A stretch of DNA of 64,000 nucleotides from an uncultured Bacillales bacterium (GCA_902477075.1 CABSFU010000001.1:94555-158554), one strand, 5' to 3'; counted from the first letter of the stretch, positions 50,669 to 60,062 are shown. Translations and numbers: made by a program. Notes: generated from the sequence alone by a model not told the origin.

Positions 50669-50895
50669 CCCTTTTATTTTCTCATATAAAACTGAAATAT
50701 AATATAGATTAATAGTCTATACTATTTTCCACTCTAGTAGTAGTATGTTCTTTTTGTGTAAATATTTACATATATTATTGTAAGTCATTTAAAAATGTGA
50801 TAAAGTATACTTGATTTGTTAGTTATTTTGTTCCTTTCCTAATTGAAAAGATAAGATAAGTTTAATGAAATCAATAATTGGAAAGGAGTTTATTT

Positions 50896-51081
50896 ATGCA
50901 AGACGAAAAAATTATTTGCAAAGATTGTGGTAAAGAATTTATTTTTACTGTTAGAGATCAAGAATTTTATGCTGAAAAAGGTTTCCAAAATAAACCAGTT
51001 AGATGCAAAGAATGTAGACAAGCAAAAAAAGATAGAATTGAAAATTCAAGAAAATCTTTTAATGATGCTAGAAATAATTAA
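50896..51081 (+). CDS. small zinc-ribbon protein (CxxC...CxxC)
   Basis: RBS GGAAAGGAG; CKDCGK...CKEC motifs. Confidence 0.4.
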   Translation: MQDEKIICKDCGKEFIFTVRDQEFYAEKGFQNKPVRCKECRQAKKDRIENSRKSFNDARNN

Positions 51082-51110
51082 AAACTCTTATTTTTTAAGA
51101 GTTTTTTTGT
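51082..51110. terminator. bidirectional rho-independent terminator
   Basis: AAAACTCTTATTTTTTAAGAGTTTTTTT between convergent genes. Confidence 0.6.
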
Positions 51111-51476
51111 ATTTTATTTTCTAAGTAGTAGTTTCTCAATTCTTTAAATCTTTGGTAATGAATAATTTCTCTTTGTCTTAAAAAAGATAATGGAGCTAAA
51201 ACAGATATATCATTAGTCAAATCCATTAAATGTTCATAAGTAGCGCGAGCTCTTTGTTCTGCGGCCATATCACTTTCAATATCTGCTATAAAGTCACCAC
51301 TTGTTTCAATGTAAGACGTTGTAAAAGGCACTCCCATAGCATCAGCAGGGAATAAGGCAGTATCATGTTCAGCAAATATGCCACCTAAACCAGCTTGTTT
51401 CATTTCTTCTATTGTTGCTCCTTTTGTTAATTGATAAATCATGGCACCAATCATTTCTAAATGAGCTAATTCATTT
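51095..51476 (-). pseudogene. cotJC: 3' two-thirds of a cotJC-like manganese-catalase-family spore coat gene, truncated at its 5' end by prophage insertion
   Basis: ...ELAHLEMIGAMIYQLTKGAT...FLRQREIIH aligns with CotJC residues ~75-189. Its open frame runs into the attachment junction, where it meets a stop 15 nt from the stop codon of the serine recombinase gene. Confidence 0.6.
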
Positions 51477-51494
51477 TTACAAGTATGTTATCAG

Positions 51495-53654
51495 TTAAAA
51501 AGACAACAATATAATCTTGAGAGAAAAATTCTCTTTTAAGTATCGACCGCCTTTTTCTTTCTTATAAATTACTTGTTTTATTATAGTTGATAATAAAGCG
51601 TTTTTTTCTTCTGCGGTCATATCTTTTGAATATTTACTTATAACATCTTCTAAAATTGGTATAGCTTTCTTTTTACTATATAAATCTTTAGTTCTATCTT
51701 TTGACTTAGATAGTTCTGTTTTTTGATTTAATAATGTTTCTAATTGTTCATTTAAAGTATTAGTTCTTTTAATAAATAAATCTTGAGTATATGCTCCAGT
51801 CTCTACTAATTCGCAAGCCTTTTCTATTTGGCTTTTTATTTTATCTATTTCGTGATCTATTGCTTCTATCATTTCCTTATTAGTACATATTTCTTTTTTT
51901 ACTGCTTCTTCATAATTATTAACATAGTTTTTATATTCACTCATTATTATTTTAAGAGATTTTAATATTTTATCTTCTACAAGTTCTAATTCACTTGATA
52001 CACACTTACATCTAGGTCTACTACACATTAAAGTATCTGTATGTGGTGGAGTTATGCTTTCTTCTATTGTAGTTATAGCTTTATCAAACTCGTTTGTTTC
52101 TATATTCAATAGTTTTTTTAGATCCTCCCATTTATCAGCGTGTGGTATACAAAATTTCTCGTCGTTAGAACTAAACCAATGATCCACAGAGTTTTTAGAA
52201 ACGTGTAGAGCTCTAGCTATGTCATTAAGACTATAATTTCCTTTATGTTCCCTTAATAATAATCGTAATTTAGGCTTATCTATATCATAAATACGTTTAG
52301 CGGTAGGCTTAGCGTCTTTTCTTAAATAATATGGACGTCTAGTCATATTATTACCACAATAGCCACATACAACCAAACCTAATAAAGGGTTTTTCATTTC
52401 TTTATTATCTGGCACTGTTTTAAGTCTGTTAGATAAAAATTTAGCTTCTATCTGTTGTTTTATATCTTCGCCGAGTATTGCTTCGTGTTTACCTCTAACA
52501 AGCGTAAAATCGTCATTATTAGGGTTTTTCTTAACAATATGTCCATTTACTAGTGTCTTAGTAGTTTTACGTCTGTCCCACGTCAAATAGCCGTATATAG
52601 TGTAACCCTGTAATATATTTCTAACCATATTAGCGGTCCACTCTTTAGACTTTCTAGGTTTTATTTTAAGATAATTAAGATAGTGTGCTATATTAGTAGC
52701 TCTCATATCATTTAATATAATCTTAATATTTTCTCCTGGTTTAAAAAAGTTATGAGGTATATGTATATTGTTTATATCTATATTATAGCTAGCTGCTATA
52801 CTTTCCAATGTATCATTTTCTTTTATTTTATATGGTAATGATTTACTATTAACTGTTAATCTTATTTCTTGATCTACTTTTAAATCTAAATTACAAGTGA
52901 TTATATCTTTCTTATGTGTTCCAAACAATTTAGCTATATCTGATATAATCTCGTTTTCTTTAACAGTGTAAGTAGTATTTAGTCCGTTTAAGAATAAATC
53001 AGCTAATAATTTTACTACTTTAGACTCTGACTCATTTTCTACTAAAACATAACCTTTCTCGTTAGGTATTTTCTGTTTATTATAACCGTATGGCAATACA
53101 GAACCAACGTATTTACCGTCTTTAACACTTCTTAATCTACCACGAGCTAATATACGTTTAGTATATTTTAAATATTTTCTAGCTTGATATAAACCGTCTT
53201 CAAAATAAGATAAATCGTCCTCGTTATCTAAATTATATATTTTCATAGGAGTTATTATCTTTGTGTTGGAATATTGAAAAGCTTGAGCTATTATTCCCTG
53301 GTCCATAGTATTACCACGAGCTAGACGTTCTATTTCAATACATACAACTCCTTTTACACGATCTTCTTCTATTAAAGATAATACTTCTTGAATTATTGGA
53401 CGATCTTCGATAGTATCTCCAGACGCTACCTCTCTATAAATATTATGCTCTGGTATTGGCTTACCGAAAATACTTACAATAAAGTCTTGTAATTCTTTTT
53501 CGTGTCTTTGTAAAGTCTTTTCTATAGACTCGTCTTTATAATAGTCCATATCTTTACGTGATTTTCTTAAATATATTATAAACATATCTAGTATCTCGTC
53601 GACAGTAAGGTCCCTAGATACGTTCATTATTTGTAAAAATGTATCTAAATTCAT
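51495..53654 (-). CDS. large serine recombinase (phage integrase)
   Basis: YLRKSRKD catalytic Ser region, recombinase domain, CGYCG...C zinc ribbon and C-terminal coiled coil; 719 aa. Confidence 0.85.
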   Translation of the reverse strand: MNLDTFLQIMNVSRDLTVDEILDMFIIYLRKSRKDMDYYKDESIEKTLQRHEKELQDFIVSIFGKPIPEHNIYREVASGDTIEDRPIIQEVLSLIEEDRVKGVVCIEIERLARGNTMDQGIIAQAFQYSNTKIITPMKIYNLDNEDDLSYFEDGLYQARKYLKYTKRILARGRLRSVKDGKYVGSVLPYGYNKQKIPNEKGYVLVENESESKVVKLLADLFLNGLNTTYTVKENEIISDIAKLFGTHKKDIITCNLDLKVDQEIRLTVNSKSLPYKIKENDTLESIAASYNIDINNIHIPHNFFKPGENIKIILNDMRATNIAHYLNYLKIKPRKSKEWTANMVRNILQGYTIYGYLTWDRRKTTKTLVNGHIVKKNPNNDDFTLVRGKHEAILGEDIKQQIEAKFLSNRLKTVPDNKEMKNPLLGLVVCGYCGNNMTRRPYYLRKDAKPTAKRIYDIDKPKLRLLLREHKGNYSLNDIARALHVSKNSVDHWFSSNDEKFCIPHADKWEDLKKLLNIETNEFDKAITTIEESITPPHTDTLMCSRPRCKCVSSELELVEDKILKSLKIIMSEYKNYVNNYEEAVKKEICTNKEMIEAIDHEIDKIKSQIEKACELVETGAYTQDLFIKRTNTLNEQLETLLNQKTELSKSKDRTKDLYSKKKAIPILEDVISKYSKDMTAEEKNALLSTIIKQVIYKKEKGGRYLKENFSLKIILLSF

Positions 53655-53775
53655 TATAGCACTTTCTTTCTTTATAATTTTATGCTATAATCGTATAGAA
53701 AAGCCTATACAATTATAGTTGGTTGTTTCTTCTATTTTGTTTTAAGTGTGATAGCTTTTAGGGTTTTTCATTTCA

Positions 53776-53810
53776 ACGCTTCGTGTTCGCGCACGAGGCG
53801 TCTTTTTTTT
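53776..53810 (+). terminator. GC-rich hairpin plus T8 (terminator-like) between int and the repressor
   Basis: ACGCTTCGTG-ttcgcg-CACGAGGCGT followed by TTTTTTTT. Confidence 0.4.
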
Positions 53811-54037
53811 ATGCTTTTTTACCTTTCGAGCAAGAAAACGTACATTTCGAGCAATGTTAATCACAATTAACGGTAAAAAATGGTAAAATGTTGTATTAAA
53901 ATTTATAATATACCCCTAAGGAGGGGGTTAGTATGAAAACTAAATATGATGTGTTATATGAAAAACTGCTTAATGATCATATTAACATCAGTTTATTTAT
54001 TAAACTACTTGAGTATATCAAATAAGATATACTCTTT

Positions 54038-54406
54038 TTATTTGTCCTCTTTATCAATTATAAATTCTTTGTTTTTTTCTATAAATTTCATAAGCTTATC
54101 AAAATTTTCTTCTGATAAATCTTCGCCGTCAAAAAGATTATTTTCTTTTAAAGCGTCTTTCAATTTACTTTTGATATTTTTGGTAGCTTTTTTTTCTTCC
54201 CAGTCAAGCATATAGTTAGCGTCTACTCCTAATACTTTACATAAAAGCATTATGCTATCTGCGTCTGGTTTATGATTTCCACTTTCCCAGTCGCTAATAG
54301 TGTTATGAGATACGCCTAATTGCTTGGCAAGCTCTTTTTGTGTCATATTTTTATTTTTTCTTGAGTTCCTTATATTATCACATAAAGCCATATTAGTTAC
54401 CTCCAT
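54038..54406 (-). CDS. cI-like phage repressor (XRE HTH)
   Basis: MTQKELAKQLGVSHNTISDWE HTH; divergent from the cro-like gene. Confidence 0.7.
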   Translation of the reverse strand: MEVTNMALCDNIRNSRKNKNMTQKELAKQLGVSHNTISDWESGNHKPDADSIMLLCKVLGVDANYMLDWEEKKATKNIKSKLKDALKENNLFDGEDLSEENFDKLMKFIEKNKEFIIDKEDK

Positions 54407-54560
54407 TTCATTAAAATTTTATCACAAAAAATATGTATAGTAAATAAATAATTTCGAAAAAATCGAAAAAATTAGCGTTTTTGTATTGACATTTCGATAA
54501 TACCGAATTACAATGTATATAGAGTTCGACAATATCGAAGTCTTGGAAGGAGGAAATTAA
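54407..54560. promoter_or_regulatory. phage immunity switch region: three palindromic operators (54453-54467, 54493-54507, 54525-54539) with a rightward sigma-A-like promoter (-35 TTGACA 54486-54491, -10 TACAAT 54509-54514)
   Basis: TTCGAaaaaaTCGAA, TTCGAtaataCCGAA and TTCGAcaataTCGAA; the middle operator fills the 17-bp promoter spacer. Confidence 0.55.
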
Positions 54561-54818
54561 ATGTCAAACCCTAAATCACTAGAAGTAGGAAAAAAGATAA
54601 AGTTACTTTTGGTAGAACATAATATCAACCAAAATCAAGTAGCAAGATACCTAAATGTTAGTGATTCTTTATTTTCTGATAAGTTAAATGGAAAAGTAAA
54701 GATTACTGTAGACGAATTTTACGATATTATTACTTATCTAAATGAAGAATTTAACATTACTGTAGACGCTAATTACTTTATGCCACAAACACCAAACGAA
54801 ACATCAGACACTAACTAA
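54561..54818 (+). CDS. Cro-like XRE-family regulator
   Basis: INQNQVARYLNVSDSLFSD HTH; RBS GGAAGGAGG. Confidence 0.55.
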   Translation: MSNPKSLEVGKKIKLLLVEHNINQNQVARYLNVSDSLFSDKLNGKVKITVDEFYDIITYLNEEFNITVDANYFMPQTPNETSDTN

Positions 54819-54842
54819 CATAAAATTTAATGAGGTGTTGAA

Positions 54843-55085
54843 ATGGAAAAAAACGAAAGCTATCACACAATAAAAAACTTAACACTAGGTCAAACAGAAA
54901 TTGAGATATGTATAGAGAGTATTCCAACAATAGAAGAAAAAAGAAATCATTTAATAAAAATATATGACGTCGTAAATGATATAGCTAGAAAAGCTGAAAA
55001 ACGCGGCGTTGATACTTCTAAATGGTTTTATACAGAAAAACAATTAAAGCTCTTAAAACAAGATCCAATAAATGAATTTATCTAG
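54843..55085 (+). CDS. phage hypothetical protein
   Basis: ORF in the early operon. Confidence 0.3.
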   Translation: MEKNESYHTIKNLTLGQTEIEICIESIPTIEEKRNHLIKIYDVVNDIARKAEKRGVDTSKWFYTEKQLKLLKQDPINEFI

Positions 55086-55462
55086 TAAATCAATTTAAAA
55101 AAACAAAGGAGAAACAATTATGAAAAAAAAATACAGGCTTAAAAAATGGGTAAAAGTAACCCTAAATATATTATGCGCAATAAGCGTATTTATAATACTT
55201 GCTTTATTAGTGAAGAAAGGAGTTAATGACTTTGAAGATTTGGCTAAGCAATGTGATAAGGAATATGGCTATACTTGTACTTATTACGATATTAGACAAT
55301 ACTCTTTAGGTAAATAAATTATGTATGTTAAAGAAAATAAAAAAAGATTTATGAATTGGATCAGAACTCATAAATCAAGTTGTAAACTTTCTTATAATTT
55401 ACTCTCTAATTGTACCATAATTTGGGGGTAAAAGTCAAAAAATGGACGATTGGAGGTAAAAC

Positions 55463-56131
55463 ATGAAAGATAGTTATATAATGCACTGCGATTACGGAAA
55501 TCATTTTGAATTATTAACAGACGCTGAATTAGGTCGGCTTATAAGAGATGTAAATAACTATGTTAAAAATGGTGTTTTGCCTCAATATACAAAAGAGGAT
55601 CGTGTTCTAAATATGGCCTTTAGTTTTATGAAAACTAACATTGATATAGAAACAGAAAAATATATAAAAAAATGTGAAAAAAATCGAGAAAATGGCCGTC
55701 GTGGTGGTCGACCTAGAAACCCAGAAAAACCGAACGGTTTTGAAGAAAACCCACAAGAAACGAAAAAAGCCGATACTGATACTGAAACTGATACTGATAC
55801 TGAAACTGATACTGATACTGAAACTGATACTGAAACAAACATAAAAAAAAGTGTGTGTGATAAAAGCGCACGCGCAAAAGAATTTTATTGTCATTTAGGA
55901 AGTGATTATAAATCGGAGTCATGTTTCTACTGCATGAAAAAACAGATATGTCCTAATAAGGAGTCTACGGAGTTTAGATTAAACCACCGAAACGAAACTT
56001 TCGACGAGTGGAATAAAAGACACGAAGATTATCGGGAACAACTTATTGAGGACTTAAAGTCCAGGGGGAAGGATCCAGATATAGAGCTTATCGACTATGA
56101 CTGGTTAAATGAAGATAATGATATAGATTAG
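55463..56131 (+). CDS. phage early protein with an internal acidic (TDTE)n repeat; possible replication-module protein
   Basis: Contains an 18-bp tandem repeat; basic RRGGRPRN stretch; C-terminal Cys cluster. Confidence 0.35.
   Translation: MKDSYIMHCDYGNHFELLTDAELGRLIRDVNNYVKNGVLPQYTKEDRVLNMAFSFMKTNIDIETEKYIKKCEKNRENGRRGGRPRNPEKPNGFEENPQETKKADTDTETDTDTETDTDTETDTETNIKKSVCDKSARAKEFYCHLGSDYKSESCFYCMKKQICPNKESTEFRLNHRNETFDEWNKRHEDYREQLIEDLKSRGKDPDIELIDYDWLNEDNDID
55782..55847 (+). repeat. tandem repeat, 18-bp unit GATACTGATACTGAAACT x3.7
   Basis: Direct reading of the sequence. Confidence 0.8.
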
Positions 56132-56151
56132 AAAATGGAGGAATAATTATT

Positions 56152-56427
56152 ATGAAAAATACTATAACAAAACAAGATATAGATAACATTTTAAAAGATA
56201 CACTAATTAAAGTTGAACAATACGGAGATAAAACAACCGTTTTAAAAGCTACATTGCCTAATGACTTTGTAATTGTTGAGAGTTCTAGCTGCGTAGATCC
56301 TGCAAACTTCGATATGAAAATTGGAGAAGAAATATGTATGGACAAGCTAGTTAATAAAATTTGGGAACTTGAAGGCTATAAACTTCAATGTCAAACTAAG
56401 GAGGTAGCAGAAAATGGAAATAACTAG
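56152..56427 (+). CDS. phage hypothetical protein
   Basis: ORF with RBS GGAGGAATAATTATTATG. Confidence 0.35.
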   Translation: MKNTITKQDIDNILKDTLIKVEQYGDKTTVLKATLPNDFVIVESSSCVDPANFDMKIGEEICMDKLVNKIWELEGYKLQCQTKEVAENGNN

Positions 56428-56668
56428 CGTTAAAGTAAAAAAAATAAATGAAGAAAACTCTCGTTTAGTTGGAGCTGCTTCTGTAGTTGTTGATAAAGAA
56501 TTTATTATCAAAGATATAAAAATTATTAAAGGAGACGACCGTCTATTCCTGGCTATGCCTAGTCAAAAAATGCCAGACGGCTCATACGCAGATTTAGCAC
56601 ACCCTCTTAATGTTGAGTGTCGCAAAAAATTTGAAGATATTATTTTAGCAGAATATGATAAGTGCTAA
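56414..56668 (+). CDS. spoVG: SpoVG-family protein (phage-encoded)
   Basis: MEITSVKVKKINEE...FLAMPSQKMPDGSYADLAHPLN closely parallels SpoVG (MEVTDVRLRRV...[22 protein letters not shown]). Confidence 0.7.
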   Translation: MEITSVKVKKINEENSRLVGAASVVVDKEFIIKDIKIIKGDDRLFLAMPSQKMPDGSYADLAHPLNVECRKKFEDIILAEYDKC

Positions 56669-57200
56669 TGAATTATGGAAGTCAATAGAATATGATACTC
56701 GTTATCAAGTATCAAACTATGGACGTTTTAGAAAGAAAAACCCTAAAAATGGTTATAGATATTTAAAACCTTTTAGAAAACATAATCTATTTTTAGTAAA
56801 GATTAAAGATAAAGATTTTAACTGTGCTCGATTAGTCGCTAATGCTTTTATTAAGCAATTAGCTTCTAATGATAGAGTCTATCATAAAAATAAAATAGAA
56901 TTTGATAATTACTATAAAAATTTAGAAGTTATATCTTTAAAAGAGCTTGGTAAACGAACTGGCTATATATCAAAATCTAAACGAGTTGTAGAAGTTAAAA
57001 ACGGCGAGATTATAAGAGACTGGCCTTCAAGTAGAAAAGCCGCTAAAGACTTATATATTTCTTATCAGACCGTTTCCGACTACTGCAATAATAAGGTAGA
57101 AAGCCCTATGTTTAATCTTATGTGGGAAGACGATTATTTTGACGAAGTATTAGAGCCGTTTAAATGGGAACATAAAAAAAGAAAGGAAAAAAAGAAATGA
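56655..57200 (+). CDS. NUMOD4-motif/HNH-type homing-endonuclease-like protein
   Basis: WKSIEYDTRYQVSNYGRFR NUMOD4 signature. Confidence 0.55.
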   Translation: MISANELWKSIEYDTRYQVSNYGRFRKKNPKNGYRYLKPFRKHNLFLVKIKDKDFNCARLVANAFIKQLASNDRVYHKNKIEFDNYYKNLEVISLKELGKRTGYISKSKRVVEVKNGEIIRDWPSSRKAAKDLYISYQTVSDYCNNKVESPMFNLMWEDDYFDEVLEPFKWEHKKRKEKKK

Positions 57201-57559
57201 AAACTAAAATCAAAAACACAATAAAAGACATCATTGATTATACGCTAACAAATGAATTTAAAGCTTTAGTAATGATTATGTTATTTATGTTCTTATGTGT
57301 TTCCCTATTCTGGGGTGCTATATGTACAGTAATGACTAATGACATTACAGAAGTAGCTACAGAGCAAAAAGAAGAAAATATAAAACTTCAAGCAGAATAT
57401 GACAAGTTATCTCAAGAGTACGCTCGTATGAAAATGGCTTATGAGGAAACTTACGAACTATTTACTACTTGTCAAGAGTCTACATCTTGGTATGAACAAT
57501 TTTATTATGACAATGTAGATCCAACAACTGGAGAAATTGAGGGGGAATATTATGAGTAG
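57197..57559 (+). CDS. phage membrane/coiled-coil protein, hypothetical
   Basis: One TM segment followed by a coiled coil. Confidence 0.3.
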   Translation: MKTKIKNTIKDIIDYTLTNEFKALVMIMLFMFLCVSLFWGAICTVMTNDITEVATEQKEENIKLQAEYDKLSQEYARMKMAYEETYELFTTCQESTSWYEQFYYDNVDPTTGEIEGEYYE

Positions 57560-57893
57560 TATTATTTGTTTATTATTAGGTTTAATATTAGGCTCTGGTT
57601 TATGTTATCTTGCCTTTAATCAAGTATTAACTTCTAAAGACGATATTATAGACGATTATAAAAAAGGTATAGAAATACATAATCAAAGAGAATTAAAACT
57701 TATATATATAAATCAGTCTACTAAAGACTATGTAAAACAACAACAAGATATTCTTAAAACTGTACCTATTAAGGTAAAAGAAATTACAGACGAAGCTAGT
57801 TTACAAGCTGGTAGATATATGGCTTTAAAAGATATAGAAAAAACTATTATTCAATTAGAAAAGAACTCCGAAAGCTTAGTAAATAAAAAATAA
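57537..57893 (+). CDS. phage membrane protein, hypothetical
   Basis: N-terminal TM segment. Confidence 0.3.
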   Translation: MRGNIMSSIICLLLGLILGSGLCYLAFNQVLTSKDDIIDDYKKGIEIHNQRELKLIYINQSTKDYVKQQQDILKTVPIKVKEITDEASLQAGRYMALKDIEKTIIQLEKNSESLVNKK

Positions 57894-57904
57894 GGAGTGA
57901 TGTT

Positions 57905-58534
57905 ATGCCTAGAGTGTTTAGAAACAAGTTCGGTCGTAAAACTGTTAGACCTTTCAAAAAGCAAGATCTAAATAGTATGATCGTAATTTGTAAGAAAAAT
58001 AAAAACGCAGCCGAAGAAGAAGAAAACAAAGAACAAGTTTATTTATGGGATCGTAACTATATGATACTACACCTAGGTAGAAATCTAGCTTTTCGTATAG
58101 AGGATCTATTACAGTTGAAAACTGATAATTTTAAAAATGGAGGTATTTATACAAGAGAGTTCAAAACTGGTAAAGAACAAGCTTTTGAACTCCACCCTTC
58201 ATTGAGAAAAGATTTAGAAGATTATATAAATAGAAATAAGCTTGTTGAAGGAGAATATTTATTTAAAAGTCGTAAAGGTACTAATATACCTATTACACGT
58301 CAAAGAGCTTGGCAGATTATTAAAGAATTATCAGACGAAGTTAAAGTATCTTATGTTGTAGGCTGCCACTCCTTACGTAAGTATTTTGCTAGAGAGTATT
58401 ACGAACAGACTGGAGATTTAATCGGTTTAAAAGAAATGTTAAATCACTCTAGCGAAACAGTAACATTAAGGTATATATGCTGGGAAGAAGACGACAAAAA
58501 CATCAAGCGAAAGAACTTTTATTTAGGAGGTTAA
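57905..58534 (+). CDS. short tyrosine-recombinase catalytic-domain protein (phage integrase family, no N-terminal core-binding domain)
   Basis: LGRNLAFRIEDL (Arg I), GCHSLRKYFA (H-x-x-R) and LNHSSETVTLRYI (terminal Tyr) motifs; RBS AAGGAGTGA. Confidence 0.5.
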   Translation: MPRVFRNKFGRKTVRPFKKQDLNSMIVICKKNKNAAEEEENKEQVYLWDRNYMILHLGRNLAFRIEDLLQLKTDNFKNGGIYTREFKTGKEQAFELHPSLRKDLEDYINRNKLVEGEYLFKSRKGTNIPITRQRAWQIIKELSDEVKVSYVVGCHSLRKYFAREYYEQTGDLIGLKEMLNHSSETVTLRYICWEEDDKNIKRKNFYLGG

Positions 58535-58536
58535 TT

Positions 58537-59082
58537 ATGCAAGTAGTTAATTTTAATCAAAAACAATGGCGTCAAGATTTTGCCGCATACGTTAAAGATA
58601 AATTGGACTGGTCCTCCGCTAGAGTAACAAAACCAGAAGTTATCAAAAAAGGTTATTATGATAATTCTTTGGGAGAACGCCTTTCCTCATTAAAAGAATT
58701 TAGAGTTATTAACGGAACTGGTGGCGAAGTTAGAATACAATACTATCACAACAATATTGTTGGCGAAGACGGTATGACTTATACTGATCGTGATTTTGAA
58801 CTAGTTTACAATTATTTAAAAGAAGCAGAAAAAGAGCCATTATGGTTATTGATGAGTGATTTCTTTTATAAAAATAAATGCAACTCTGGTTTAATAAGTG
58901 AAGATAAAGACTACTACGCTTTTAGAAAAAGGAAAAAACTTTATAGAGTCTATAGAAAAGACAACGATAAATTTAAGTTAGAAATTGAAGAAGTACATTT
59001 ATTTGAGTATGTAGATTTAAAAGTAATAGATAACTTAAATAGTATTGAAGAAGTAGAAAATACAATATTACAGTATTTTTAA
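58537..59082 (+). CDS. phage hypothetical protein, paralog A (VNFNQKQWRQDF motif)
   Basis: RBS AGGAGG; N-terminal ~60 aa shared with 60285-60623. Confidence 0.4.
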   Translation: MQVVNFNQKQWRQDFAAYVKDKLDWSSARVTKPEVIKKGYYDNSLGERLSSLKEFRVINGTGGEVRIQYYHNNIVGEDGMTYTDRDFELVYNYLKEAEKEPLWLLMSDFFYKNKCNSGLISEDKDYYAFRKRKKLYRVYRKDNDKFKLEIEEVHLFEYVDLKVIDNLNSIEEVENTILQYF

Positions 59083-59264
59083 AAAACTAATAACAATTTT
59101 ACATAATGAAAATATGTAAATTGATATAAAAAATAACACTTTCCTGATGTCGGGAAAATGCTTATAAAATCTGGGTAAAACTACTCTTTTATAGGGTGGC
59201 TAGTGAATTTAACAGAATTATGTCATTTTGTAAAATTCAATATATAGGAAATGAGGTGCTAGAA

Positions 59265-59561
59265 ATGCTTGTATTACCAATAAAAAAGAAATGGTTTGAC
59301 ATGATACTTAGTGGAGAAAAAAAAGAAGAATATCGAGAAATAAAACCATATTATGATAGTCGCTTAAATAAAAAAGTAAATTTTTGTGAAAGTACAGGTT
59401 ATGGTTATTATATTCTTTTAAGAAATGGTTACTCAAAAAATAGTCCTACTCTAAAAGTTGGTTGTGTAATAAAAAAAGATTATGGTAACCCTGCTTGGGG
59501 AGCAATACCAGGTCAACTATATTATGTTTTAAAAATATTAAGTGTTGAGGTGGTTAAATGA
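59265..59561 (+). CDS. ASCH-domain (PUA-like) protein
   Basis: GEKKEEYR matches the ASCH GxKxxExR motif; RBS GAGGTG. Confidence 0.45.
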   Translation: MLVLPIKKKWFDMILSGEKKEEYREIKPYYDSRLNKKVNFCESTGYGYYILLRNGYSKNSPTLKVGCVIKKDYGNPAWGAIPGQLYYVLKILSVEVVK

Positions 59562-59834
59562 AAGCTTTTATAAAAAAAGAAAAATGGGAAGAATTTAAAA
59601 AAGATTATGTAAAATATGGTTTCTCACTTGCTGTTTTCCCAGATAAATTTTATACAAAACCAATAGATAGATTTTTAGTAATACTTATAAGCCGAAAAAC
59701 TAGAGAAATTAAACTTAGAACACCATACGGAGAGAGTCCATTTATGGAAGTTCAAGGAAATTATTTCGAAGATCTAATAATTAATAATTTTGTTGAATAT
59801 AAAAAAGGTATATTTGATTAAGGAAGGTGTCGAA

Positions 59835-60062
59835 ATGGCTAAATTAAAAGATAAAATAGTTGGTTATATTTCTCCTAAACAAAGAAAAATAAATACACTA
59901 GAAAATAAAGTCTCTACTCTTGAAGGAGTAATAAAAGACGAATTATATAATCTATTTATCGAAAAGCTGGGAGAACCAGCAGAAATGAAACGTCTAAAAA
60001 AAGACAATAAAAGATTAAGGCAACAAAATAAGTCTTTAAAAGAAATAATTAAAAATAGTTAA
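59835..60062 (+). CDS. phage coiled-coil small protein
   Basis: RBS AAGGAAGGTG. Confidence 0.3.
   Translation: MAKLKDKIVGYISPKQRKINTLENKVSTLEGVIKDELYNLFIEKLGEPAEMKRLKKDNKRLRQQNKSLKEIIKNS

Noticed and set aside
53946-54215. 89-aa plus-strand ORF overlapping the repressor gene
   Set aside because: Antisense to the well-supported cI-like repressor; low-complexity Ser/Leu-rich translation.
55582-55922. Three overlapping minus-strand ORFs across the TDTE repeat
   Set aside because: Reading-frame artefacts of the tandem repeat; low-complexity (SVSVSV / QYQFQY) translations.
55463-56131. Calling the repeat-containing phage protein a DnaD/replisome-organizer homolog
   Set aside because: The N-terminal resemblance is too weak to assert without a profile search. 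Kept as hypothetical.
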